A stretch of DNA of 64,000 bases from NCBI GenBank assembly GCA_013360215.1, contig JABWCP010000001.1:153144-217143 (forward strand), in the 5' to 3' direction. The position numbers were made by a program, and so were the translations under genes. Source of the stretch: a bacterium (GTDB lineage: Bacteria > CLD3 > SB21). The notes beneath the pieces are model-generated. The model saw only the letters and a program-made list of their open reading frames with translations, was not told where the DNA came from and ran no database searches. Below are positions 19,801 through 30,453 of the stretch, in pieces; the first letter of the stretch is position 1; the number at the start of each line of letters is the position of its first letter.

Positions 19801-21093
19801 GTGGTTATTGATATCTTAGTAATCCTTATACTCGTTTTACTCAACGGCTTTTTTGTCGCCGCCGAATTTGCCATCGTTAAAGTGCGTTCAACGCAAATCG
19901 ACACCATCGAACAAAAAAACATCCGTGCACGCATCGCTAAAGAAGTTATTATGCACCTCGATGCGTATCTGTCTGCAACCCAGCTTGGTATTACGATTAC
20001 AAGTATTGCGCTCGGCTGGATCGGCGAACCCGCCATTTCACGCATGATTGAGCCTATTATCAATTATTTTGGAATAACCAATCCGCAAGTGATTCATGCC
20101 TTGTCTTTTGGTATCGGTTTTTCCGTGATTACGTTTTTACACATCACGATGGGCGAACTGGGCCCCAAATCCATTGCTATCCAATATCCTAAACAAACAA
20201 CGCTTTGGATTGCATCACCGCTTCATCTTTTTTATGTCGTTTTCAAACCGTTCATATTCATACTCAATAAAAGCGCTAATCTCATGCTTCGTATGGTTGG
20301 GATTCACCCAGCCGGTGAACATGAGTTGTCTCACTCCGAAGAAGAAATTCGTATGCTCATTGCTGATGGTCGTAAAAGCGGTGTGATTGATGCTACGGAG
20401 TACAAGTTGATCGAAAATATTTTCAATTTTACCGAAACTTCAGTAAAAGAAATAATGATTCCCCGCATGGATGTATTTGCCTTGGATATAGAGAAACCGG
20501 TTGTTGAAAATCTGAAATCGGCGATAGACAGCGGCTATACGCGCATACCAGTGTACCGTGAGTCAATTGATACATTGATCGGTATTCTTTATGTCAAAGA
20601 CTTATTCAAAATTGACCGCGATACGATAACGACCGCTTCCTTTGAAACGATACTGCGACCTGCTTATTTTGCACCGGAAAGCATCAGTATCAATCGTCTG
20701 ATGCAGGACTTTCTGCAACAGCGGTTTCATATGGCGATTATCATTGACGAATTCGGCGGAACGAGCGGTGTTGTCACACTTGAAAACATAATCGAAAAAA
20801 TAGTCGGCCAGCAGATTCAGGACGAATACGACGATGAAAAAAAGGAATTTGAAATTTTATCTGACGGCAGCTATACGGTACAGGCCAAGATGCGAATCGG
20901 CGATTTTAATCAGCAATTTCAGGCTAACATACCCGAGGATGATAACTACGAAACGTTAGCCGGTTTTCTGAATAATGTGGCAGGTCATATTCCCAACAAC
21001 GGAGAAGAAATTCGGTATCAAAATCTAAGTTTCAGGATTACCAAAAAATCACCGAAGCTCGTTCAACAAGTGCGTTTTGCTAAACTTACTTAA
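19801..21093 (+). CDS. HlyC/CorC (CNNM + CBS pair + CorC) family transporter-associated protein
   Basis: NGFFVAAEFAIV, ATQLGIT, GELGPK, IMIPR, YTRIPVY, DEFGGTSG, YETLAG. Confidence 0.93.
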   Translation: MVIDILVILILVLLNGFFVAAEFAIVKVRSTQIDTIEQKNIRARIAKEVIMHLDAYLSATQLGITITSIALGWIGEPAISRMIEPIINYFGITNPQVIHALSFGIGFSVITFLHITMGELGPKSIAIQYPKQTTLWIASPLHLFYVVFKPFIFILNKSANLMLRMVGIHPAGEHELSHSEEEIRMLIADGRKSGVIDATEYKLIENIFNFTETSVKEIMIPRMDVFALDIEKPVVENLKSAIDSGYTRIPVYRESIDTLIGILYVKDLFKIDRDTITTASFETILRPAYFAPESISINRLMQDFLQQRFHMAIIIDEFGGTSGVVTLENIIEKIVGQQIQDEYDDEKKEFEILSDGSYTVQAKMRIGDFNQQFQANIPEDDNYETLAGFLNNVAGHIPNNGEEIRYQNLSFRITKKSPKLVQQVRFAKLT

Positions 21094-21104
21094 TCAGCTA
21101 TCCT

Positions 21105-22013
21105 TCAAACTTTCGAAAGCCGGTGTTTAGATAACCGGCTTTTTTCTTTTTTGAGTGCCATGAATATCGCATTTATAGAGACATCCACCGACTTTTCTCC
21201 GGCCGCTATGAGTTCATTCATTTTTTCAAATGCCGCCCAATGATGATGTCCGACTTCAGGTCGAATATGTACCGTTGACCTGGAACACATAAGAGCATTG
21301 GCTTGCAGGGCTGTGATAAGATGAGTTCTAAATAATAAATCAATCATATTCGCCGGCGGTGCCTCTCCGGCCAGAGTGCGCGACGTATCAACAGCGATCA
21401 CATAGTCAGCCCCCATCTCCCATGCCGCATCTACCGGCGTCTGCGCAGCGACAGCACCATCCACTAAGACTTTATCTTCGTATTGCATCGGCGGTAAAAA
21501 ACCCGGGATAGATGAACTGGCCTTCGCGGCTTCTTTGATTGAACCTTCTCTGAAAATTTCCGTTTTTCCGGTGATCATGTTTGTTGCAACAGCGGCAAAT
21601 TGAATGCGGGTATTTTCGATTAAACCATCTCCTAACAATTCATCCATCACGATGCCGAGTCGGTTTTCTTTCATCAAAGACATTCGATCGGCGTACAACT
21701 GAATCAGCAACTCATTCCCTACTGCCCGGGCTATTTGTCCGAAAAAATTTTCAGGATGCATATCACGACGAAAAAGGTGGAGTCCCGTTTTTTTAAAATC
21801 ATCGCCAAGAAAGAACTTTTTAATCCGAGATTCTACCTCAACAATATGCAAACTCTGAGCATACATCGCTCCGACGACAGCGCCTATACCGCTACCGACG
21901 ATGATATCCATCGGAATATGATGGCGTTCTAAAGTTTTGAGTACACCGATGTGGGCCAAACCGCGCGCACCGCCGCCGCCCAAAGCTAATGCAATTTTCC
22001 GCTGTCCAAACAT
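21105..22013 (-). CDS. Patatin-like phospholipase family protein with an atypical nucleophile motif
   Basis: LALGGGGARGLAHIGVL, ASSSIPG, VDGA. GSGIG stands where GxSxG is expected. Confidence 0.88.
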   Translation of the reverse strand: MFGQRKIALALGGGGARGLAHIGVLKTLERHHIPMDIIVGSGIGAVVGAMYAQSLHIVEVESRIKKFFLGDDFKKTGLHLFRRDMHPENFFGQIARAVGNELLIQLYADRMSLMKENRLGIVMDELLGDGLIENTRIQFAAVATNMITGKTEIFREGSIKEAAKASSSIPGFLPPMQYEDKVLVDGAVAAQTPVDAAWEMGADYVIAVDTSRTLAGEAPPANMIDLLFRTHLITALQANALMCSRSTVHIRPEVGHHHWAAFEKMNELIAAGEKSVDVSINAIFMALKKEKSRLSKHRLSKV

Positions 22014-22016
22014 TCG

Positions 22017-23057
22017 TTATTTTAAAACGATTTCACGTTTTTCTTTGGCCGATTGATAAATCGCTTCCGAAATGCGCATGATCTCCATAGCTTCTTCGCC
22101 GCTGGACATCGAAGGCCGGTTATTTTTAATGCATTCCACGAAGTGCTTCAGTTCGTATTCATAAGATTTTTTATAATTATTTTCCGGCTTTTCCATTTTT
22201 TGAGGCGTCACATTGACAAGGTTGCCGTGCATTTCTTTGTGAATACGCAGCGGATTGAGCAAAGCGCCCCCGCTTGTACCAAAAAGATTGGAATACATAA
22301 AATCATTTTCCATAAGTAATGTCCAGCTGACTTCGATGGAAAGCACGACATCGTTTTCAAAACGAATCATTACCGCCGCCGAATCTTCGACGCCGTCTTT
22401 CTGAAAATGGCTGTACATCGTGCTAAAAACACTATGAACTTTAGGATTGTCCATCAGCCATATGGAAAGGTCCAGCATCGGAATTCCCAGATCCATAAAA
22501 ACACCGCCGCCGGAAACATTTTTCTTTTTGGCCCAATCGGTTTCATTCCAGCTGCCGCGACGACGCAGCCAACCCGATTTGGTGTAAAATATTTTACCAA
22601 GCTCTTTACCTTTAACGAAATTTTTAAGAACCATCGCATCCGGACGGAAACGATGATTCATTCCCACCATAAGAATCTTTTTCCGTTTTTTGGATTCTTC
22701 GACCATGGCTTTGGATTCTTCATAGGTAAGTGCGATGGGCTTTTCCACCAGAACATGTTTCCCTGCGGATAATGCTGATTTAGCCATCGGCGCATGCATA
22801 CTGTTAGGCGTACATATATGAACGCCCTGAATTTCTTCCATTGCCAAAAGTTTTTCAAAATCGGTAAAAACATTGGGGATATGATACTTTTCCGCCAACG
22901 CTCCTACTTTGGTTTTATCCGAATCCGCGATAGCCACGATTTCAACATCGTTCATTTTAGAAAGTATAGGTAAATGGATTACCTGTGAAATAGCGCCGGC
23001 ACCGACGATCCCCAATTTCACTTTTTCCGTATTCGCTTTGCCTTTGTCCTTGGGCAT
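22017..23057 (-). CDS. Gfo/Idh/MocA oxidoreductase
   Basis: GIVGAGAI, CTPNSMH, GKHVLVEKP, GMNHRF, GGGVFMDLG. Confidence 0.92.
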   Translation of the reverse strand: MPKDKGKANTEKVKLGIVGAGAISQVIHLPILSKMNDVEIVAIADSDKTKVGALAEKYHIPNVFTDFEKLLAMEEIQGVHICTPNSMHAPMAKSALSAGKHVLVEKPIALTYEESKAMVEESKKRKKILMVGMNHRFRPDAMVLKNFVKGKELGKIFYTKSGWLRRRGSWNETDWAKKKNVSGGGVFMDLGIPMLDLSIWLMDNPKVHSVFSTMYSHFQKDGVEDSAAVMIRFENDVVLSIEVSWTLLMENDFMYSNLFGTSGGALLNPLRIHKEMHGNLVNVTPQKMEKPENNYKKSYEYELKHFVECIKNNRPSMSSGEEAMEIMRISEAIYQSAKEKREIVLK

Positions 23058-23078
23058 AAAACCTCCGTAAGAATAAAA

Positions 23079-24386
23079 CTATTGATGAACCGCCATGCGG
23101 TCCGAAGATAAGGATATATTTAATATACTATAAAATTCAGGGAAAGAAATACGTACAGCCTCTGCAGAGTGTACGATAGATTCACCGCCTTCAGCAATCA
23201 AAGCGGCAACTGTAAATGCCATTGCAATGCGATGATCATCAAATGAATCTATTTCTGACGATCGAAATGAACCGGGATAAATACGAAATCCGTCATCAAA
23301 TTCATCAATTCGTACTCCCATAGACCGCATGTTTTTTACAATGGCTTCGATACGATCACATTCTTTATTGCGTAGTTCACGTGCATCACGGACTTCCAAA
23401 CCATCTTTCAAATGAGTTCCTAGCACGGCCAATATCGGAATTTCATCAATCAAAGCAGCTACAACCGAGCCGCTTAATTGTACCGATTTTAATTCGCGGG
23501 TATGACGCGCGACGATATCACCATAAGGTTCTCGCGCCTCAGTGATATTATGAATAGTAATATCCGCACCCATATCTTTCAAAATTTCCAAAAAGGCAAT
23601 GCGAGTGGGGTTTAGCGAAACATGGCGTATAGTCACTTCACTTTCAGGCACCAAGAGCCCTGCCACAATCAAAAAGGCGGCCGAAGATAAATCACCGGGA
23701 ATCGTCATATGCTCAAAACGAAAAGAATCACCTCCCGTAACCGACAAACGAATCCGGCCTACTTCAACCGATTTTTTTATCGTCGGTAGAAGACGCTCCG
23801 TGTGATCCCGAGTCATGACCGCTTCGCGAACGGTTGTTGTTCCTTTAGCATAATGACCGGCCAGCAAAATACAACTTTTGACTTGAGCGCTTGCAATCGG
23901 TAAACTGTAATCGATGGCTTTTAATTCTGTACCTTCAATTTCTATCGGTAAAGTTTGCTGTGCTGATGTTTTTATTTTGGCACCCATTTGAGTCAGCGGT
24001 TCAATAATGCGTCTCATCGGGCGTCGGGATAAAGACGCGTCGCCACTAAGTTCAGATTTAAAACTTTGACCGGAAAGAATACCCGCCAATAATCTTGCCG
24101 TTGTTCCTGAATTCCCGCACTCCAAAGGCGCGGATGGTGGTACAAAACCATGCATACCGCATCCGGTAATGTGCAACTCTGAACCGTTTTGATCGACCTT
24201 CACACCCAATCGGCGCATACAATCTATAGTACTTTGCACATCTGCGCCGGTTGCAATATTAAGCAAGGAGACGATGCTTTCAGACATAGCTGAAAAAATA
24301 ACCGCACGGTGTGTGATGGATTTATCACCGGGTATTCTACAATCAATTCTGATCTTTGTCGCAGGTTTAATGAGCGCCGTTGCCAT
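23079..24386 (-). CDS. aroA: 3-phosphoshikimate 1-carboxyvinyltransferase (class II EPSPS)
   Basis: PGDKSITHR, CGNSGTTAR, RPMRR, SAQVKS, RDHTER, NPTR, IDEIP, DDHRIAM. Confidence 0.95.
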   Translation of the reverse strand: MATALIKPATKIRIDCRIPGDKSITHRAVIFSAMSESIVSLLNIATGADVQSTIDCMRRLGVKVDQNGSELHITGCGMHGFVPPSAPLECGNSGTTARLLAGILSGQSFKSELSGDASLSRRPMRRIIEPLTQMGAKIKTSAQQTLPIEIEGTELKAIDYSLPIASAQVKSCILLAGHYAKGTTTVREAVMTRDHTERLLPTIKKSVEVGRIRLSVTGGDSFRFEHMTIPGDLSSAAFLIVAGLLVPESEVTIRHVSLNPTRIAFLEILKDMGADITIHNITEAREPYGDIVARHTRELKSVQLSGSVVAALIDEIPILAVLGTHLKDGLEVRDARELRNKECDRIEAIVKNMRSMGVRIDEFDDGFRIYPGSFRSSEIDSFDDHRIAMAFTVAALIAEGGESIVHSAEAVRISFPEFYSILNISLSSDRMAVHQ

Positions 24387-24456
24387 AACATTTCAAACAA
24401 ATAATTGGTAACAAAAATACACATGCAACGATGAAAAAGCAACGGTAAAGGGGGCT

Positions 24457-26085
24457 TTATTCAAGCCAAATCGGGTTCGTGTAGCAGAAATTTTGACTTT
24501 TCGTAGTAACGCTCAAACGTATATAACTCGGCGCATCCGCCGTCGTATGGAATTCTCCTTGATCGCACCATGCATCAACCGCCACCGTAGAAACCTTTTC
24601 GTGCGGTTCGCCGATAACTCCTTGAAAGACGCTAATCGTTTCGAGCGCACCAAACTCTTGCGCGCTTGATGCTTCCCATGCAATCCGAAACCGTCGTCCT
24701 CTAGCATTTTGACCGATGCGGCTAGAAAGGCCTGCTTCGTTTACGACATTAAAAACAATGTACGGGCCCGTCGAAATAATCGCGCATCCTTCACGAATGG
24801 CGTTGATTGTGTTTTCCGTATTAGGTTTTTGTTCACCGAGGTATAATACGGTTCTCGCCCATCCCAGTTGTTTGTGATGCGACACATCTTCGATGGTCCA
24901 AAAAGGAATACGCACCTGACGGTTACGATTAAAGTTGCCATGCGCATCGTTTCCGGCAACGATATAAACACGTCGGCCAGACAACAAAAGATGCACCCAC
25001 AAGCCCAATCCTTGCTTGAATGCCGTATCGTTACTACCATTTAAAATTTGTAAGACCTCCGCCGAACGATTATAAAAATCTTCTAAACGCCATACCCCCC
25101 GCTGCAAAAAAGTACGCTCCATGGGAGATGGTTTTTCTAAAGGATGCGCAGCCATAATAAGAGTTTTTTTACTCAATAAACGGGTCATTTCCGACACCGT
25201 ATGTTCGGAGGATGTGTTTAGCGGATTTTTACCTCCGTCGCCGGAACCATAAAAAAATTGATCCGAATTAAGAATCAACGCATGTATATTTTCATCGGCA
25301 ATATTCATACATGATAACTCTTCACCGGCCAGCAATAATACTTTTGAAGTGGGTTCATCATTCATCTGTTTCACGGATTCGAGAAATGCGCGCCATTGCG
25401 CAAGCGTAGGATCGGATTGATTATAATCCTCTTTCTTATTGTCCAAGTCATAGGAATGGTCTGTCACGGCGATAAAATTTAATCCCAATGCCTCGCTCGC
25501 AGCTCTGAGCATGGGCAGCGGAGCCCCATATTCTATAGCATCTTCGGTATAGTCGCTGTGTACATGCAAATCACCGTTAAACCACCCTTGGGGTTGCGGC
25601 CAATGATCCCCGCTCACATAGACATCAAACGGGGCCTTTGTTGTTCCAATTATATTGTCGGCTTCGACGGTATGCGTGACCCCGGCTGTTCTGTATTCGA
25701 CAACAATACGCAGTTGAACAGTATGACCTATCCATGATTCGTTTACGGCGATATCCCACTTTTTCCACCACCAATGTTGACGTATTTCCTCTTGTACCGG
25801 GAAAATCAATTCATCACTATTTGCGCCTTTTGTAATGATGATACGAACAGAGAGAATGGACGTAGGATAGAGATGCGCATCTTTGATCAAAACAAAAACC
25901 GGCATCCTTTGACCACGATCTATACGATGTGGAATATCCGCAATGATTTCAGGTTCTTTTTTGAAATATCGGCTGAACGGAAAGAATCGGAAGCGGTAAT
26001 GAATTTCTGGATATAATAAAAAAAACGGAAGGATCAGAGAGGACGTGGTTTGCAGGGATTCAAGAGTTAAAGAAGTGAACGTCAT
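24457..26085 (-). CDS. PHP-fold (CehA/McbA-like) metallohydrolase
   Basis: GDLHVHS, AVTDHS, GEELS, AAHP, GNDAH and C-terminal YTNPIW. Confidence 0.8.
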   Translation of the reverse strand: MTFTSLTLESLQTTSSLILPFFLLYPEIHYRFRFFPFSRYFKKEPEIIADIPHRIDRGQRMPVFVLIKDAHLYPTSILSVRIIITKGANSDELIFPVQEEIRQHWWWKKWDIAVNESWIGHTVQLRIVVEYRTAGVTHTVEADNIIGTTKAPFDVYVSGDHWPQPQGWFNGDLHVHSDYTEDAIEYGAPLPMLRAASEALGLNFIAVTDHSYDLDNKKEDYNQSDPTLAQWRAFLESVKQMNDEPTSKVLLLAGEELSCMNIADENIHALILNSDQFFYGSGDGGKNPLNTSSEHTVSEMTRLLSKKTLIMAAHPLEKPSPMERTFLQRGVWRLEDFYNRSAEVLQILNGSNDTAFKQGLGLWVHLLLSGRRVYIVAGNDAHGNFNRNRQVRIPFWTIEDVSHHKQLGWARTVLYLGEQKPNTENTINAIREGCAIISTGPYIVFNVVNEAGLSSRIGQNARGRRFRIAWEASSAQEFGALETISVFQGVIGEPHEKVSTVAVDAWCDQGEFHTTADAPSYIRLSVTTKSQNFCYTNPIWLE

Positions 26086-26103
26086 GAATTAGTGTCGAAG
26101 TCG

Positions 26104-26541
26104 TCACGAAACGTATTTGATCATTTTAACACGATTTTTTTCGCCGGGATGAATATCAAAAACCACTTCATCCATCATTCGTTTGATCAGCGCTATTCCA
26201 AGGCCTCCGCGCGCATGTTTCTGAAGACGCTGTTGAGGTGTTTCCAGACGATCCGGATCGAACCCTTCGCCTTCATCGGAAATAATGATGGTAAATTTAC
26301 TACCGTTGGTTTCTACTGTAATATCAATATTTTTGGATTCGTCATATTTATACGCGTGCTTGATCACATTGGCACATGCTTCATCAACGGCCAATTCGAT
26401 TTCACCGATCGCATCATCGTTAAATCCAAACCGTCGGGCGATCGACGTGATAAACTCACGAATGATCCCCAGATTATCCGTACGGCTCGGGATGGCCATA
26501 TTAAATGAATTTGTTGTAACGCTGGACACCGTTGTTTCCAC
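26104..26541 (-). CDS. rsbW: Anti-sigma factor / serine kinase (RsbW-like)
   Basis: LAVDEACANVIKHAY, DEGEGFD, GGLGIALI, MDEV. Confidence 0.9.
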   Translation of the reverse strand: METTVSSVTTNSFNMAIPSRTDNLGIIREFITSIARRFGFNDDAIGEIELAVDEACANVIKHAYKYDESKNIDITVETNGSKFTIIISDEGEGFDPDRLETPQQRLQKHARGGLGIALIKRMMDEVVFDIHPGEKNRVKMIKYVS

Positions 26542-26543
26542 GA

Positions 26544-26903
26544 TTATTGTTTGTTGGCCTGTACAAAGTGATCGCGCGCTTCCGAAGGATCTTTGAGTAT
26601 CTGATAAATCGTCGGAAAACCGAGCAAATCGAAAACTTTATATACTTTGGTGGACATCGTACACAGCTTGATATCACCTTGATTTTCGCGAACTGTTTCA
26701 ATAAAGCCCATAAAAACGCCCAACCCGGCGCTTGAAATATAGCTCAGCTCCTGAAAATCCACGACGATCCGGTAACGTTTTTCTTCCATCAATTTTTGAA
26801 GCTCGCCTTCAAAATGCGGATACGTGTGCGCGTCAAGATATCCCTTCAAGTACAGAACAGTGATATCCTGCTCGTCTTTTCGCGTGACTTCGAACCCGTT
26901 CAT
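26544..26903 (-). CDS. rsbV: STAS anti-sigma factor antagonist (RsbV-like)
   Basis: GYLDAHT, phospho-Ser motif YISSAGLG, VFDLLG. Confidence 0.92.
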   Translation of the reverse strand: MNGFEVTRKDEQDITVLYLKGYLDAHTYPHFEGELQKLMEEKRYRIVVDFQELSYISSAGLGVFMGFIETVRENQGDIKLCTMSTKVYKVFDLLGFPTIYQILKDPSEARDHFVQANKQ

Positions 26904-26992
26904 GGTTTGTTCCTATCGTTATAAAATGAAAACTGAAGTGTCGCTTTTTGAAAAATATTGTACTTCAATTTTTCATCTATTTCAAGCACAAA

Positions 26993-29269
26993 TCAAACGC
27001 GTCGTACGGCTGTGATTTCCCCTGTTTCCGCTTCGGTGACAGGGGCCACCGGAACAACTTGTTTCTGCAAATCTGCCAACCTGAAAACAACGCAAGTCAA
27101 ATCATCGTGTGTTTTCGCCGAACCGACAAATCGTTTTACGTCGGCTATAATTTTATCTTTAATAACTCCGGCCGGAAGATGCTCGACACCGTCAAGACAT
27201 TTACTGAGGCGCTCTTCACCGTACTCTTCATCCTTCGCATTTCGCGCTTCAACCAATCCGTCGCTGTACATGACAAATACATCCCGATCATCAATTCGTA
27301 TTGTCTTCTCTTCGATAGCTTGACGAAAAAGATTACCTTTATCCAATCCTAAGCCGATGCCGTTGGGCTGAATATAGGTTTTGACGCCATCGCGCATGTG
27401 CAGTAAAGGACAGTGGCCGGCCCGCGCAAAACGCAGTTCGCTCTTTGATATATCCACGTCCGCATATAGCAACGTAATAAACGATTTGCGATCAATCGTT
27501 CCAAAAAGTACGTCATTAACGGCGATCAAAAGGTCTTTAGGGGCGGAATAAATACCGGCTAAGGCTTGAATTATGCCTTTGATCTCTGCCATATAAAAAG
27601 CGGCCGAGGTACCCTTTCCGGAAACGTCGGCTACCGCAATTCCGCAGCGCCAGTCGGCCAGACGAACAAAATCATAATAATCACCCCCTACTTCATTGGC
27701 AGGCACTGTCGTCGCGCCGATATCAAGCGTCATTTTAGATAGGTCATGGCGTATATCGGGAATTTCCTGCGGTATAAGCTTCATCTGCACATCATGGGCG
27801 ATGCGCAATTCTTCCGCAAGACGTTCTTTTTCAAGTGACTCTTTGACCAAACGCGTGTTTTCGATAGCTACCGTCGTCTGATTGGCTAACGCTGATATGA
27901 TCGCAATGTCATCCTGATCAAATCCGAACGAAGTTGATTTGACGGCAAAAATAATCCCGAGCATACCATCCGACGTGATCAAAGGCACACCAATAAGCGA
28001 CTCGATGGGTGTGCGTTTCAGATCTTTTGTTCGTTTATCGCGTTTGACTTGATTGATCAAAATCGGCTGTTTGTTATTGATGATCCAATCCGTCGGTTCG
28101 GTCAGATAGTAATGGTGATGCTGATCGTTGGATGGTATCAATCTTGCATTTTCATGTTTAGAAAGAAATTTACGAAAGCTAACTTCGAGAAAATGAACCT
28201 GAAACGGTTCTCTCTGACGTACAGCCGCAAAATCAAAATGCGTACGGAAGGCAGGGTTTTTTGTATTGGCCAGTTCCAACCAACACGCATTGGCGCCTGT
28301 CGCATCGCACACCAATTCGGTCACGGAGACCACGATTTTTTCCACATCAAAGAGCGAATTGATCGTGCGACTCAGCGAGTAAATTGAATTGATTTCGCGA
28401 ACTTTTTTATCATAAATGGCGGCCGTCGGCAAGTGCAGCAGTGTATTGATCGTCGTACTGATACTATATACAAAAACAAAAACCGTCATTAAAAAAAGAA
28501 AACTCCCGGCTGTACGGCTATAGGAATACACCATGTCAGCATAGGTGGCACCACCACCGATCTCCGCACCCAAAAGTCCGGCCGAAATTAGGGTAAATAC
28601 CAACCCGCCGATAAATGTAAGAAACTTCTGACGTCGGTTGAGAACAGTTACCCATGTCACACGTCCCGCATTGATCAGAAGAAAAATAGTGGTAATAACA
28701 AGAAGGTTAAATGTGATGATGTGATTAGAGGACGGATCGTACTTCAGTGGCCGCCCCGTAATCGCGGTTGATAAGGCCGTCAAAGCACCAAAAAGTAAGA
28801 ACAAATGAAAAAAAGTAGCCGTATTCTTTTTTCGACGATAGAAAATCAATGTCTGCAAAATCCGAAGGCATGAACCCAGCGATAATACGGCCACGAATCC
28901 GATCACATGCGCGACTATGACACCTGACCATGTATAAGCTCTGAGTACATAGGAACCGGAGTAACGCGGCGTGAAAAAAACGGGTTGGGTGACGAGCGTC
29001 ATCAATAGGCCCACACCATAGATCGTTACAACGAAAAAAAGCGACAATCGCAATTTTTGTGTGATACTGATTGATTCAAATCGAGGATAATTAAACGCTA
29101 CGTACAAAACCAAAGCAATAATAGCAATACTCAGAAGTTCACTGCCCCAGTCCCCTGCACTAAAACGAATTTTCGCATAGAACATAAACGAATTGAGAAT
29201 CACTCCGATCACGAAGAGAATCGGAATAAAAATCAATGCGACACGAAACAATTTGTTCTTAGGATCCAT
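26993..29269 (-). CDS. Polytopic membrane GAF-SpoIIE/PP2C phosphatase (RsbU-like)
   Basis: Multiple N-terminal TM helices, a GAF domain, VGGDYYD, ADVSGKG, RAGHCP, YSDGL, HDDLT. Upstream of rsbV/rsbW. Confidence 0.92.
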   Translation of the reverse strand: MDPKNKLFRVALIFIPILFVIGVILNSFMFYAKIRFSAGDWGSELLSIAIIALVLYVAFNYPRFESISITQKLRLSLFFVVTIYGVGLLMTLVTQPVFFTPRYSGSYVLRAYTWSGVIVAHVIGFVAVLSLGSCLRILQTLIFYRRKKNTATFFHLFLLFGALTALSTAITGRPLKYDPSSNHIITFNLLVITTIFLLINAGRVTWVTVLNRRQKFLTFIGGLVFTLISAGLLGAEIGGGATYADMVYSYSRTAGSFLFLMTVFVFVYSISTTINTLLHLPTAAIYDKKVREINSIYSLSRTINSLFDVEKIVVSVTELVCDATGANACWLELANTKNPAFRTHFDFAAVRQREPFQVHFLEVSFRKFLSKHENARLIPSNDQHHHYYLTEPTDWIINNKQPILINQVKRDKRTKDLKRTPIESLIGVPLITSDGMLGIIFAVKSTSFGFDQDDIAIISALANQTTVAIENTRLVKESLEKERLAEELRIAHDVQMKLIPQEIPDIRHDLSKMTLDIGATTVPANEVGGDYYDFVRLADWRCGIAVADVSGKGTSAAFYMAEIKGIIQALAGIYSAPKDLLIAVNDVLFGTIDRKSFITLLYADVDISKSELRFARAGHCPLLHMRDGVKTYIQPNGIGLGLDKGNLFRQAIEEKTIRIDDRDVFVMYSDGLVEARNAKDEEYGEERLSKCLDGVEHLPAGVIKDKIIADVKRFVGSAKTHDDLTCVVFRLADLQKQVVPVAPVTEAETGEITAVRRV

Positions 29270-29381
29270 GCAACCCGTTTTAATTTCAAAAATGCTATCT
29301 AAGCTGGCATACGCAAAAATAACACATAGGTTTCCAATAATATGAACTTACGATAGGCCGATTACGATTTCAATACGAAAC

Positions 29382-30359
29382 TCACGCGCCTATACGAAGG
29401 ATGATTTTTCCGATATTAAGATTTGACTTCATTCGCATATGAGCGGCCTCCGCGTCAAACCATGAATATTCCGAGTCAATAATCGGACGAAATAAACCGG
29501 AAGTGAAATGCGGCATGATCAGTTCTCTTATACTTTTGGTCAGATCTGATTTTTCTTCATGTGATTTGTTACGCAACGTGGAGCCGATAATGGAAATGTT
29601 TTTGGTCAATAATGTACCCGTCGGTAAATTGGAAGACGTACCGCCTAATAGCCCGATTACGACGATGCGCGCCTTGTTGTTAGCGATGTCCACGTGATGT
29701 GACATATTTTCCCCGCCAACGGTATCCAATATGACATCCACGCCGCCACTACGCGTCTTTATAAGATTCCAAAAATCTTTGGAGTGATAATCAAATACAA
29801 AATCGGCGCCTAATTCATAACAAAAGCGCATTTTCTCCGAGTCGCCGACAGAGGCTATGATCTTTGCATCTAAATTTTTAGCTAGTTGTATAGCCGCAGT
29901 TCCTACCCCACTTGCACCGGAATGAATGAGGGTGACTTCTCCGGCTTTGAGTTGAGCGATCGGAACAAGATTGAGATACGCGGTAAACCACGCTTCCGGT
30001 ATCGCTGCAGCCTGAGCAAAACTCAGGTTTTCCGGTATCGGTATGATCATGGTCTCATGAACAACTACTTTTTCTGCATATCCGCAGCCCGGCAAAAGAG
30101 CACACACCCGTTGCCCTGGGCTCCACTGCGTCACATTTGAGCCCACTGAAAGAATAATGCCGGCACATTCCAATCCCAAAATATCGGGAACACCTGCCGG
30201 CGGCGGATAAAGCCCACGCCGCTGGAGCAGATCAGCACGATTGAGAGCTGTAGCTTTGATTGCGATCAATACATCATTCGGATGAACTATGGGTTCATCG
30301 ACTTCGCCGATAACCAACCGTGATGTATTTTTTTCACGTTCTACGAGTATGGCTTTCAT
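29382..30359 (-). CDS. NAD(P)H-quinone oxidoreductase (PIG3/zeta-crystallin family)
   Basis: ALNRADLLQRRGLYPPP, GLECAG, HSGASGVG, GSTLR, GKIIL. Confidence 0.93.
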   Translation of the reverse strand: MKAILVEREKNTSRLVIGEVDEPIVHPNDVLIAIKATALNRADLLQRRGLYPPPAGVPDILGLECAGIILSVGSNVTQWSPGQRVCALLPGCGYAEKVVVHETMIIPIPENLSFAQAAAIPEAWFTAYLNLVPIAQLKAGEVTLIHSGASGVGTAAIQLAKNLDAKIIASVGDSEKMRFCYELGADFVFDYHSKDFWNLIKTRSGGVDVILDTVGGENMSHHVDIANNKARIVVIGLLGGTSSNLPTGTLLTKNISIIGSTLRNKSHEEKSDLTKSIRELIMPHFTSGLFRPIIDSEYSWFDAEAAHMRMKSNLNIGKIILRIGA

Positions 30360-30437
30360 AAGCAATTAACAACAGTTAAAAGTAATGATACTTTCAAATC
30401 TAAAAAAATAATAAATAACCTATGAAATTTTGCATGT

Positions 30438-30453
30438 TGTGATATACGTCACA
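30438..30453. promoter_or_regulatory. CRP/FNR-family-type palindrome
   Basis: TGTGA-TATACG-TCACA in the divergent region between the quinone oxidoreductase and the sigma gene; TATAAT at 30470-30475. Confidence 0.55.
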
